Position numbers and translations under genes: made by a program
Shown: positions 6,109 to 15,532 of the stretch, one piece after another
Position numbering within the stretch: position 1 is the stretch's first letter
Layout of the letters: each line of letters starts with the position of its first letter
The notes under the pieces: generated by a model
Seen by the model: the letters and a program-made list of their open reading frames with translations, nothing else
What the model was told of the DNA's origin: nothing
Databases searched by the model: none
Source of the DNA: a virus
Length of the DNA: 64,000 nt
Strand: one strand, 5' to 3'
IMG/VR virus record: IMGVR_UViG_3300037493_007233
Coordinates: 1-64,000 of that record

Positions 6109-6195
6109 TTAACTAACACAAACCCTGGTCACCTTTGGTGTCCAATTCCCTTTATCCTGCGATGCAAAATAACTGTATGTTTGTGAATGTATCAT
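6109..6195 (-). CDS. putative attenuator leader peptide MIHSQTYSYFASQDKGNWTPKVTRVCVS (28 aa), not in ORF track
   Basis: ATG..TAA right after promoter motifs; its 3' end GGGTTTGTG is complementary to CACAAACCC overlapping the terminator 5' arm. Confidence 0.65.
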   Translation of the reverse strand: MIHSQTYSYFASQDKGNWTPKVTRVCVS

Positions 6196-6269
6196 TTTTG
6201 ATTGAATTTCGAGATTTATATATCAAAGAATCTTTTTGTTTCATACATTTTCTGAAAAAATTCAAAAAA

Positions 6270-6998
6270 TTATTCTATTTTTTCATTTAAAATGTTACTA
6301 GCTTGGTAATTTACGAAAAAATTTGAGTCTATAGTGTCGTATTTGAATTTACGATTAGTCCCAAGACCTAAAATTTCTCTAGCTATATCCTCAGAGTGAA
6401 GCATCCTCCAATCAGAAGGGTTTTGAAAAGACCTTGAATATCTCCACCAGTGCCAAAGATTCCAGCCAGGGTATTGAGATTTGGAAGTGATTTCTTCTGT
6501 TCTGTCTTCTGACATATCAAATCTTCCAATTCTGTAGCTTGCATATGTTCCGTTCAATTCTTCTTCAATGCCTATAAAATTTTCATTGGGGAATATCCTT
6601 CTAAACCGGTCTAGATCAATTTGGGGTACTCCTAAAACCAGGTAGCATTTCCATTTTTTCTGGAACTCCTTTGAAATTTTAACCCAAGATTGACCCTCTA
6701 GCCTATTTTCATAGTGAAGGTCTATCCTAACCAATTTTTCCTCCGGATTATAAGTGTATTCGTCTACTTTTGTCATTCCCTGATCTGGTACAAAAGCCCA
6801 AAGCTCTATGGTATTGTTAGCAAAAAATTGCTCGTGGGAAAGAAACCAATAATCTCTATACAGATTCTCAGCAGCGGTTTTAAAAAGAATCCTGTCACCA
6901 ATTTTTTCTTTGATTAAGACAGTGAATTCTGTATCATCTGCTAAAAAGTCGTAACTGCCTACATTAACGTAGACCCCATAATTAAACTTTACATCCAT
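6270..6998 (-). CDS. degenerate Aah/TibC-like protein, carbamoyltransferase partner 1
   Basis: Paralog of 10421 and 23999 (YNPEEKLVRIDL..W..EFQKKWKC..YASYRIGRF). Confidence 0.6.
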   Translation of the reverse strand: MDVKFNYGVYVNVGSYDFLADDTEFTVLIKEKIGDRILFKTAAENLYRDYWFLSHEQFFANNTIELWAFVPDQGMTKVDEYTYNPEEKLVRIDLHYENRLEGQSWVKISKEFQKKWKCYLVLGVPQIDLDRFRRIFPNENFIGIEEELNGTYASYRIGRFDMSEDRTEEITSKSQYPGWNLWHWWRYSRSFQNPSDWRMLHSEDIAREILGLGTNRKFKYDTIDSNFFVNYQASNILNEKIE

Positions 6999-8581
6999 TC
7001 TTTAAAATATACTTTATCTCCAGCAATAAGAAAATCAATAGTCCCCTTTGAAATATGGGCAAAAGCTTGATCTGGGGTATCTATAATTGGTTCTCCGTGA
7101 CCATTAAAAGAGGTATTCAGGATCAGAGGAATTCCGGTCCTTAAATAATAGGCATTGATCAACTCATACCATCTTGAATTTTTTACCTTATCGACAAATT
7201 GGGGTCTTCCAGTTTTATCGACATTATGTATACAGGCAGGAACTCTATCAACCCATTCATCTTTCACTGTATAACAGATTGTCATGAACTCTGCTGAATA
7301 CGAAGACTTTTCAGCTAGATGAAATACATCCCCTGCTTTTTCTTTTAGTATGGCGGGCGCAAAAGGCATAATCTCGTGTCTTCCCAATCTAAAGTTTAAA
7401 ACGTCGTGGGTTTCCTGCTCTGTTGCTTTAACTATAATTGATCTTGCTCCAAGTGCTCTTGGACCAAACTCAAATCTACCACTGAAAAATGCTCCTATTA
7501 AACCATCGTTCAAAAATTCAGCAACTTCCTCTGGTTTATATGGTTTAGAAAAGAAACCGTGAGAATTTGAGATCATATCAATTTCATCCTCAGAATACTC
7601 TAGCCCCCAAAATAAACTGTCTATTCTTTTTGGTGCTGGCCATTCTCCTAATTCATAAGCCATAGAAATCGCAGATCCCAAAGAAATGCTTTCGTCTCCC
7701 ATAGGGGGAAGTACATAGATCTCTTCTATCGAAGGTATTTCATTTATTTTTTGATTCATTTTTACGTTTGCAAAAATGCCTCCGCCAAAACACATTTGTC
7801 TGGAATGCTCAGGAAAGATTGAAATTAGGTCTTTTACAAATTCAACCATAACTTCCTCGGTAACCTTCTGGAGAGCATAAGCATAGTTTTTTCTTCCCTC
7901 ATCGGATTGAAAAACCCCTTGCTTTTCTAATCCTCTAACCATACTCCAGATTAAAGGGTTGTTACCAGACGGTAAAAAATTTAAAGAACCTTTACCGCCG
8001 TACTTTATGACGCTACTTATTATTCGGTAAATGTTTTCATCGTAAACTCCATTCCCTGACATCCCCATGATTTTACCTTCGTCTTTAACTGGCTTCCATC
8101 CATAGGGGTGACACGAGTTTGCCCAAATCTGACCAAGGCTTGCGCATTCTCCAATATGGAGATTCTTCACCAATTGCATCTGACCATCTTCGCAAAGCCA
8201 AATACTCCCGTAAGTACCATCACCACCACCATCAAAAGTAAAAGTTATAGCTTTTCCCTCGAAGCCACTTGTAAGATAAGCTGCTTTTGCATGGCATTCG
8301 TGGTGATCAAAAGTTTTAACCCCCTTGTCAGGTAAACCTGATTCCCTGATAAATTTTAGAGATATTGGTCTTGCAGTACAAATCCAGTCAGCATCTAATA
8401 TATTAAAACCAATTTTTTCTTGGATCTTATCTTTACAAAGAAAAGGGAAAGATGGCTGGTTGTCTCCAGATTTAATCCTTGTGAATCTTTCCTCCTCAAC
8501 AGCAATTATAATTTCACCGTCATCGATAATTACGATTGATGCATCGTGGGTACCCGAATGATAACCGACTATTCTTGACAT
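6989..8581 (-). CDS. carbamoyltransferase, NodU/CmcH/TobZ family
   Basis: HDAS, EEERFTRIK, HHECHA, DGGGD, EGKIMG, GGIFANVKMN, EFGPRALGARS, LNTSFNGHGEP. Confidence 0.95.
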   Translation of the reverse strand: MSRIVGYHSGTHDASIVIIDDGEIIIAVEEERFTRIKSGDNQPSFPFLCKDKIQEKIGFNILDADWICTARPISLKFIRESGLPDKGVKTFDHHECHAKAAYLTSGFEGKAITFTFDGGGDGTYGSIWLCEDGQMQLVKNLHIGECASLGQIWANSCHPYGWKPVKDEGKIMGMSGNGVYDENIYRIISSVIKYGGKGSLNFLPSGNNPLIWSMVRGLEKQGVFQSDEGRKNYAYALQKVTEEVMVEFVKDLISIFPEHSRQMCFGGGIFANVKMNQKINEIPSIEEIYVLPPMGDESISLGSAISMAYELGEWPAPKRIDSLFWGLEYSEDEIDMISNSHGFFSKPYKPEEVAEFLNDGLIGAFFSGRFEFGPRALGARSIIVKATEQETHDVLNFRLGRHEIMPFAPAILKEKAGDVFHLAEKSSYSAEFMTICYTVKDEWVDRVPACIHNVDKTGRPQFVDKVKNSRWYELINAYYLRTGIPLILNTSFNGHGEPIIDTPDQAFAHISKGTIDFLIAGDKVYFKEWM

Positions 8582-8631
8582 ATTTTGATGTTTTATAATC
8601 TTTATTAATGATTGTTCCCTATCCTACTTTT

Positions 8632-10326
8632 CTATCTTACTTTCCGTAAAGAAAAAATAGAGTGATACCCGTCAAGTTCTTCTGGAGTTAATCTCAGGAT
8701 AAAATCAGTAGAAACCTCGTCAGTGCTCGATTTAATTCTAGTTTTGACTATAAGTTTAGAATTTTTATTGGGCTGAAAATCCAATATATCTAACCATGCT
8801 TTCCACCAATCGTGACCAAGAGAAGCCTCATTTTCAAAAACAAAAATTTCACTTCCGTCTTCATTTTGCAAAACTATCTTTGCATAAAAGTTAAGGGATT
8901 CGCTTATAAGCTCTTGTCTCATAAGAAAAGATAAGCTGTATGTTAAATCGTCCTTTTTTCTTAGAAATGGATAATTAGTACAAATAGTGCTCAGAGAATT
9001 CTTGTCTGCCTTTTGTGCCCAAGAAAAACCTACATGTGAAGAATCCCATCCTACTCCATACTCCCCCAATATTTTTAGGATTTCTCCGCTCCCGTTGATT
9101 CTTACATTTTTGGTTCTTCTAGCTATATCATAAAGAACGTCCTCTGTAATTTTATTTGGGAAGTTTAAGAAAAAATCATCTTCATCTCTAAGCATAGAGA
9201 GATTAAGATGCTTTGAGAAAAAAACTGGATTAGATAAAAAAACACAAGGGTTAACTCCACCCTCTGCTGTGTAGGATTCAAAACCAGAAAATTCATACAA
9301 TCCTGATGAAATTATGGAAAATTCTTCCTTTAGAAATTCTAAAAAAACATCGGTTACAACAAAATCCTCTTCAGCATAACAAAAAGTTGGATAAGAGAGA
9401 TTTTTTGAAATCTCGGAAGAATGAGCGATTGACCTAAGAATCGGAAAAGTGTGAAGACCAGTTGCAAGTCTCTTTTCAAAATTGAAATCGCCAAATTCAA
9501 AATCTTTTCTCCAGCAAGTTTTTTGTAAAGATGAAAATCCACGAGAAAATAAATTTGAATAGGAATCTGGGATATGATTAAACTTTTCGTAAACTACATA
9601 ATCAACCAATTCTGGGTCAATCCAGGAAATATCTGGGTAATGAGTTATTATCCCAACGTCTATACCTGATTTTTTTAGCAGCCTTATGTTGCTTAACGTC
9701 CTTTCCTTTTTCTCTAAAGAATTTGCCCAGGAACCTATCCAAAAAATTGATCTTTTTGGCTCAGGATTATATTTAATGAAGCACCAGCTGCCATCGTCAA
9801 AAATTTCTACTGGCTGTCCTTGACAAAAATCTCCAATGAAATCTCCAACAAAACTGTAATCGTGTCCAGAAATTATACCACCATACTTGACCTTAGGCAT
9901 CCAAGCTTTCATGTCTTCTCTAAAGAATTCTTCAGCATGGTCAGCATCAATATAAACACAGTCGAGATAATTGTCCTTAAACATTTCACTTGCATCTAGA
10001 GATTTTGATTTGATCTTAACTATGTTATCATAATTTTTCATCATCTCATCAAACTCAGATTCTGCTTGCCTTATATTGTCGTCGTTGTATTCCCAAGAAT
10101 ATGGTGTCCAATAATCTACGCAATACAACTTCTTAGCATGTAAAGCAAAAAGTTCCGAACTAATTCCTCTGAAAGAACCAACTTCACAAATGACAGATTC
10201 TGCAGAAATCTTATTTCTGATAAGATCTAGCAATCCCTTAAGATAATTACCGGGATGAGTGCTTTCATCATCCATTCTTCCCTGGCCAAGTAGTTCATTA
10301 ATTCTTTGTTCTCTTATTCCGTTCAT
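8632..10326 (-). CDS. class I SAM methyltransferase (Methyltransf_24-like) fused to unknown GT-like domain
   Basis: EVGSFRGIS, YIDADH, GGIISGHDY; C-terminal half resembles 12745..13716. Confidence 0.75.
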   Translation of the reverse strand: MNGIREQRINELLGQGRMDDESTHPGNYLKGLLDLIRNKISAESVICEVGSFRGISSELFALHAKKLYCVDYWTPYSWEYNDDNIRQAESEFDEMMKNYDNIVKIKSKSLDASEMFKDNYLDCVYIDADHAEEFFREDMKAWMPKVKYGGIISGHDYSFVGDFIGDFCQGQPVEIFDDGSWCFIKYNPEPKRSIFWIGSWANSLEKKERTLSNIRLLKKSGIDVGIITHYPDISWIDPELVDYVVYEKFNHIPDSYSNLFSRGFSSLQKTCWRKDFEFGDFNFEKRLATGLHTFPILRSIAHSSEISKNLSYPTFCYAEEDFVVTDVFLEFLKEEFSIISSGLYEFSGFESYTAEGGVNPCVFLSNPVFFSKHLNLSMLRDEDDFFLNFPNKITEDVLYDIARRTKNVRINGSGEILKILGEYGVGWDSSHVGFSWAQKADKNSLSTICTNYPFLRKKDDLTYSLSFLMRQELISESLNFYAKIVLQNEDGSEIFVFENEASLGHDWWKAWLDILDFQPNKNSKLIVKTRIKSSTDEVSTDFILRLTPEELDGYHSIFSLRKVR

Positions 10327-10420
10327 TTTTATTTTTGTGATTTTCTTCGTTGGCTTACCGTGCGAATTATATAGGATTCATTTCTATTTATTTCAAAACA
10401 ATACCTAAATAAATAAAGCA

Positions 10421-11143
10421 TTAGTCACGCTTCAACACACTACTCCTACTATATTTTATAAAATTATTAACATCGATGTTTTCCCTATTAAAGGATTCGG
10501 AATAGTTCAGACCTAAAATATCTTTTGCAAGGTCTTCGCTATGCTGGTGCTCGTGGATTGAAGGGTTTCTATCAGATCTAAAATATCTCCACCAGCTTTG
10601 AACAAGCCATCCGGGATTTTGATTGAATTCCTCATAAGAAGAATCCCGGACAAATCTTCCTATATTATATTTAGCGTAAATAAAGTTTTCGCAAGGAGAA
10701 TTTAAATCAATAAAATTCTCTTTACCCCTGGATAATGATATACGGTCCAAAAGAAATTCGGGAACACCAAATATTAAATCGCATTCATGTTTTTTTCTAA
10801 ATTCGTAACAAACGTCTATCCAGACCTGAAGCTCGTGGAAGCAAGTTGTTTGTAGATCTATTCTAATTGTTTTATTTTTGGCGTTATAAACTAATTCCTC
10901 AACTAAAACCATTCCTTCGCCTTCAAGAAAACAAAACCATTGGATCTTTGCATCACAGAAAAACGATCTATTAAAACAAAACCAATGATGTTTTTTAAGA
11001 TTTTGAATACTCGAGTGAAACAAATATTCACCACTCTCAGAAATTTTTTCGCTAACGATACATGTAAATTCTTCGACATCAGAGAATTTTTCAGGGATGT
11101 CGATATTTTCGATGTAAAGGCCGTCGATGAATTTTGCTATCAT
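10421..11143 (-). CDS. degenerate Aah/TibC-like protein, carbamoyltransferase partner 2
   Basis: Clear paralog of 6270..6998 (PGW..WWRY.RS..NPS..HSED.A..ILGL). Confidence 0.6.
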   Translation of the reverse strand: MIAKFIDGLYIENIDIPEKFSDVEEFTCIVSEKISESGEYLFHSSIQNLKKHHWFCFNRSFFCDAKIQWFCFLEGEGMVLVEELVYNAKNKTIRIDLQTTCFHELQVWIDVCYEFRKKHECDLIFGVPEFLLDRISLSRGKENFIDLNSPCENFIYAKYNIGRFVRDSSYEEFNQNPGWLVQSWWRYFRSDRNPSIHEHQHSEDLAKDILGLNYSESFNRENIDVNNFIKYSRSSVLKRD

Positions 11144-12726
11144 TTTTTATAAAATATTTTTCCACCTATTATTAGAAAATCTATAGTTTCTTTTTCCAAG
11201 TGGAAAAATGCTTGATCTGGGGAATCTATAATAGGCTCTCCGTGGCCATTAAATGAGGTATTTAGTAAAAGAGGTATACCGGTAATTCTGTAATAAGATA
11301 AAATCAGATCATGCCATTCTGGAGATGTATTTTTATTTACAAATTGCGGTCTCCCTGTAAAATCAACCGAGTGGATACACGCTGGGATTCTTCGTCTCCA
11401 ATTTTCTTTGACTGTATAACAATTCGTCATAAATTCAGCACTATACGATGATTTTTCTGCATTCTCAAAAATTTCAGATGCTTTTTCTTTTAGTACCGCT
11501 GGGGCAAAGGGCATAACCTCATGTCTTTCCAATCTTGTATTTAAGATATCATGGGTATTCTTATCGGTGGCTTGTACTATTATAGATCTAGCACCAAGTG
11601 ATCTGGGACCAAATTCAAATCTGCCGTTAAAAAACCCACCTATCTTTCCTTCAGATAAAAGAAAAGCAGCTTTTAAAGATTCATAGGGTTCCGACTTTAA
11701 ATCATATTTCAATGACTCTTCATCTATGAAATCATTACTATATTTCTTTCCCCAAAAAACATTTTCAAATCTCTTTGGTTTAGGCCAATCCCCAATTTTA
11801 TGAGCAACACTTAAAGCGGCTCCAAGAGCAATCCCTTCATCTCCCATTGGTGGGAGGATATAAATTTCTTCTATGAAATCTAATTCGTTTATCTTTTGAT
11901 TTAATTTGACATTAGCAAAAAGACCCCCGGCAAAACATATTTTTGATGAATGTTCAGGGAAGATACTATTCAGATCTCTTATGAATTCTAAAATTACTTC
12001 TTCAGTAATAAACTGTAAATTATAAGCAAAATCAAATCTTTTTTTTGTAGTTGAAAATTGTCCCAATTTTCTCAATGAATCGATTAAATGTATTGCTAAT
12101 GCTGGGTTCCCTGGTGGTAAAAAATTCAGGCTTCCAATCCCACCGTAGCTAATAACCGATTTAAGCATTTTATTAAGATCAGGATCATATTGGCCGTTAC
12201 CCGCCATTCCCATAATTTTTCCTTCGTCTTTATTTGGCTTCCATCCGAATCCATAACAAGATTGTGCCCAGAGCTGAGCAAGGCTAGCGCATTTTCCTAT
12301 GTGCAAATTTTTTATCAATTGCATATTTCCATTTTCTGCAACCCAAATACTGCCAAATGTTCCTGTGCCTCCACCATCATAAGTAAAAACTATGCATTTT
12401 CCTTCAAACCCGCTAGTTAGATAAGCAGCTTTAGCATGGCACTCGTGATGATCTATGAGCCTAATACCTATTTCGGGTAGACCTGCTTCACGGATAAATT
12501 TAAAACAAGCAGGAGAACCGGTAGCTATATAGTCAGCATCAACCATATTACATCCTGTTTCTTTTTCTACCTCAGCTTTGGCTAAAAAGGGGAAAGAAAA
12601 TGGTTCGTCGCCAGATTTAATCCTGCTCAGCCTTTCCTCTTGAATGCCACTTAAAATTTCACCATCCTTTATAAAAAGTATTGATGCATCATGGGCTCCG
12701 GAGTAAAATCCATAAATCGAGGACAT
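11140..12726 (-). CDS. carbamoyltransferase, NodU/CmcH/TobZ family
   Basis: Same motifs as 6989..8581, close paralog. Confidence 0.95.
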   Translation of the reverse strand: MSSIYGFYSGAHDASILFIKDGEILSGIQEERLSRIKSGDEPFSFPFLAKAEVEKETGCNMVDADYIATGSPACFKFIREAGLPEIGIRLIDHHECHAKAAYLTSGFEGKCIVFTYDGGGTGTFGSIWVAENGNMQLIKNLHIGKCASLAQLWAQSCYGFGWKPNKDEGKIMGMAGNGQYDPDLNKMLKSVISYGGIGSLNFLPPGNPALAIHLIDSLRKLGQFSTTKKRFDFAYNLQFITEEVILEFIRDLNSIFPEHSSKICFAGGLFANVKLNQKINELDFIEEIYILPPMGDEGIALGAALSVAHKIGDWPKPKRFENVFWGKKYSNDFIDEESLKYDLKSEPYESLKAAFLLSEGKIGGFFNGRFEFGPRSLGARSIIVQATDKNTHDILNTRLERHEVMPFAPAVLKEKASEIFENAEKSSYSAEFMTNCYTVKENWRRRIPACIHSVDFTGRPQFVNKNTSPEWHDLILSYYRITGIPLLLNTSFNGHGEPIIDSPDQAFFHLEKETIDFLIIGGKIFYKK

Positions 12727-12744
12727 CTAGTGTAATATTTTAGA

Positions 12745-13716
12745 TCAGATTTTTATGAATGATGTGGTTTCAACCCAAAATTTTCTCTCGTTTTCATCGG
12801 ATAAATCTATAGTACATAAAATATCTTCACCCAATTTCATAATAAGAATTCCAAATGTGTTTTCCTCATAAATTCTAAAATAACAATATGTTCCGACGTG
12901 GACGATATTTTCAGAGGTTCCACTCAAAGTGGTTATGTAAATTTTAATGTCTTCTCTGGAAATGTTCTGAATAAAGATATTAACACCTTTATCGTAAAAG
13001 AGAGCCCATTCTGTCTTTTTAGATTTTTTGGGATTAACGTAAGAACCTATCCTATAATCGTCGTGTTCGTAATGGATCAGGTCTTTTCTCAAATTTGATA
13101 ATAAATAACTCTGCAGGTAAACAGAGTCATCATGTTGTAGCTTACTTATCCTTTCAGCTATTTCTATATCCTTAGTTAGAAGCTCGTGAACATTTATCTT
13201 ATTTAAATTGATAGACCAGCTATCCCCGAGGATTCTTCCGTCCCTTGCATATCCAACAAAATCAATAAAATTGTGCTTTAATTTTCTTTCTCTTTCTTGA
13301 ATGTCAAGAATTTCAAATTTTGAATCATATGTTAAAAAATGGGCAAATGAATATCCAAATTTAAGTGCAGTAATTAATCCATTATAAACATTGTCAACGT
13401 GTGCCTGAGCATAGCATGGGTCTCCACCATGCATAAAAAAAGGAGATTCTATTATAAATTCGTTTGTCTTGATATAAAATACACCCCGCTGGCTCAAATC
13501 CCTATTTTCAACAGGAACTAGTTTATTGTTTGGATCGTAAAGAAAAGCTCTCGATTCCGATACTATATGATCTGGTACTTTTGTGTGAGAGCTCAATATG
13601 TAATCATACCCAGACCTTTTAATCCAGGAACACAAGTTATGTAGCAAATCAATCTGCTCAAAATCCCTAATGTGACAAGCTAAAATAAAGACAGTGTCTT
13701 TTTTGAAAAAATTCAT
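12745..13716 (-). CDS. hypothetical, possible glycosyltransferase-like protein
   Basis: Similar to the C-terminal part of 8632..10326. Confidence 0.55.
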   Translation of the reverse strand: MNFFKKDTVFILACHIRDFEQIDLLHNLCSWIKRSGYDYILSSHTKVPDHIVSESRAFLYDPNNKLVPVENRDLSQRGVFYIKTNEFIIESPFFMHGGDPCYAQAHVDNVYNGLITALKFGYSFAHFLTYDSKFEILDIQERERKLKHNFIDFVGYARDGRILGDSWSINLNKINVHELLTKDIEIAERISKLQHDDSVYLQSYLLSNLRKDLIHYEHDDYRIGSYVNPKKSKKTEWALFYDKGVNIFIQNISREDIKIYITTLSGTSENIVHVGTYCYFRIYEENTFGILIMKLGEDILCTIDLSDENERKFWVETTSFIKI

Positions 13717-13774
13717 ATCATATAATTAGACAGTCTTTATATGGTGCGGAGAACAAAAAGTTTTATCGGAACAC

Positions 13775-13808
13775 AAAAAATCCCCAGTCGATTAATGACT
13801 GGGGATTT
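13775..13808 (-). terminator. intrinsic terminator
   Basis: AAATCCCCAGTC-ATTAATC-GACTGGGGATTT then U run. Confidence 0.85.
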
Positions 13809-13816
13809 AAGATTAA

Positions 13817-14047
13817 CAGGATCGGGATTCGTATTCTTCGCCTCGGCAGGTCTAACCCTTTTAACGTCTTTGGTTTAGCTTTCAAAGCAACACCTTCCGG
13901 TGTTCCCTTTACTCGTCGCCCTATTTGGGGTGGTTGACGCTTTGTTTTTTTAGGCTGGACTTAGAAACCAGTTTTTTCCCGAATTACCGAAGTAATTCTA
14001 AGGATTAGCATAGTTCATGTATAGATAAATTTTGCTGAATCGATCCT
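13817..14047 (-). ncRNA. TTCAGCAA-motif RNA, copy 4 (~230 nt, multi-hairpin), directly downstream of the Ro-like gene
   Basis: AGGATCG-ATTCAGCAAA...CGATCCT-G enclosing GAATTAC-TTCG-GTAATTC, AACACC-GGAA-GGTGTT and other hairpins; followed by terminator. Confidence 0.72.
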
Positions 14048-14055
14048 AAAGTTTT

Positions 14056-15489
14056 TTAAGCTATGATATTTATATACCTTTCTGATAAAATTGTTTCGTC
14101 CATAATTTGTTGAGGTGATACAATTTCTCCCTTCAACAAACTTTTCAAAATAGATGGTGAGAAACCAGAAACCAAAGCAGTTCCTGATTCATTGAAAGAT
14201 ACTGGGATGTTTTCTCCTCTAGATTGGATATTCCAATAAACAATCTCTGGCATTTTATAACCAGCATCACCAAACATTTTTTGGATCATTTGCTGTGCAG
14301 TTGGGCTCCATTGGGTGTTACTAGAAAAAACACTGCTGCTATGTATTGCAGCATCAAACTCCATGTCAGAGAGAACCAATATCTTTGTTGGCATTTCGCT
14401 TTCTGGTACATTGTTTTTAACAGCTTGATCTAGAATAAGTGTAAACACTTTTTGCAAATCCGTGTTATACCCCCAATCTGCTCTTCTCAACTGAATAAAT
14501 CTTTCGTTTAACGTTCCCTTCAAAATCTGCAATTGTGGTTCTGCACTAAAAGTAATAAATGCATCCTTAAATGCTCCTTCATTTCTTTCGGAGATATAAA
14601 GTCCAAGAGAGATTGAAACGTCCATGCACGAAACATTTCCGTTACCCCCTGCTCCGGTCATCATAGACCCAGAAACGTCAACCACCGGAAGTACCCTTTC
14701 GGTAGATCCCTCCATGAAGTTAGGAAGGGCTTTCCATTGGGCATTCGCGACGTCTTTATTTCCACGCTCCAAAGATTTTGTGACGTCATAAGGATAAACT
14801 GCACCAGCGTTGATTTTCTCTTCGCCCTTAGTCAGTTTCTCAACATAAAGTTTATATCTCTCACCGTCCCTTTTCCAAAAAGCTTTTTGGTATCTTGCAG
14901 ATGCCAAAGATGGAAGTTTTCCGTACTCGATTGCTTCCCATTGATTAGCACACATTTTTGTCTCCACCACGTTAGTTAGGTAAACTAATGTTTTGCGGTA
15001 TTGTTTTGGAGACATTTTCATAAATTCACGCAATCTCTGAGCAATTGTGCCTTTGCGAGGCATCCATTTAGCACATAGACCGTTGCCTGCTCCGATAGCA
15101 ATTTGGATCTGTGAAAATGCTTCTTCTTCCAGCTTTGTTCCCGCCAGGACTAATAGATCATCCCAACGACCGTATTCTGAAATAAGACCGATGTTCTTCT
15201 TCAAAGTCTCGCTTTGGTTTTCAACAAGATACGCAAGGATGTCCTTAAATATTTGTCTTTCCCCGGCACCTTCTCTTACGTCTCTAGCCCAAAAAAGAAT
15301 TTTCATGGCACGAGTAGGGTCTTCGTTGAAAGCCAAAGAAAAATTCCTGATCAATCTTTCCTTGTTCTGCCCTCTCATTGCACCAATTGTAAAGAATAGA
15401 TCTACACAAAAGTTCAGTGAAGAAGAATTTGTCGCCATACCGTTCTCTGTTACAGCGTCTTGGGTTTGAAGTGCATCTACTAATTTCAT
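14056..15489 (-). CDS. DUF2828 / TROVE-like + vWA protein (Ro60-related)
   Basis: TENG, RDVREGAGER, YGRWDD, AKWMPR, MIDAS DVSGSM, WGYNTD, SDMEFD, YWNI, SGFS. Confidence 0.85.
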   Translation of the reverse strand: MKLVDALQTQDAVTENGMATNSSSLNFCVDLFFTIGAMRGQNKERLIRNFSLAFNEDPTRAMKILFWARDVREGAGERQIFKDILAYLVENQSETLKKNIGLISEYGRWDDLLVLAGTKLEEEAFSQIQIAIGAGNGLCAKWMPRKGTIAQRLREFMKMSPKQYRKTLVYLTNVVETKMCANQWEAIEYGKLPSLASARYQKAFWKRDGERYKLYVEKLTKGEEKINAGAVYPYDVTKSLERGNKDVANAQWKALPNFMEGSTERVLPVVDVSGSMMTGAGGNGNVSCMDVSISLGLYISERNEGAFKDAFITFSAEPQLQILKGTLNERFIQLRRADWGYNTDLQKVFTLILDQAVKNNVPESEMPTKILVLSDMEFDAAIHSSSVFSSNTQWSPTAQQMIQKMFGDAGYKMPEIVYWNIQSRGENIPVSFNESGTALVSGFSPSILKSLLKGEIVSPQQIMDETILSERYINIIA

Positions 15490-15532
15490 AACTATCTTGG
15501 AACTTATCTATATGTTTACTTTTCTTATTGTT

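Noticed and set aside
2834-14047. TTCAGCAA repeats as a CRISPR array
   Set aside because: Dispersed, irregular spacing, variable interior, no cas genes; covariation points to an RNA stem.
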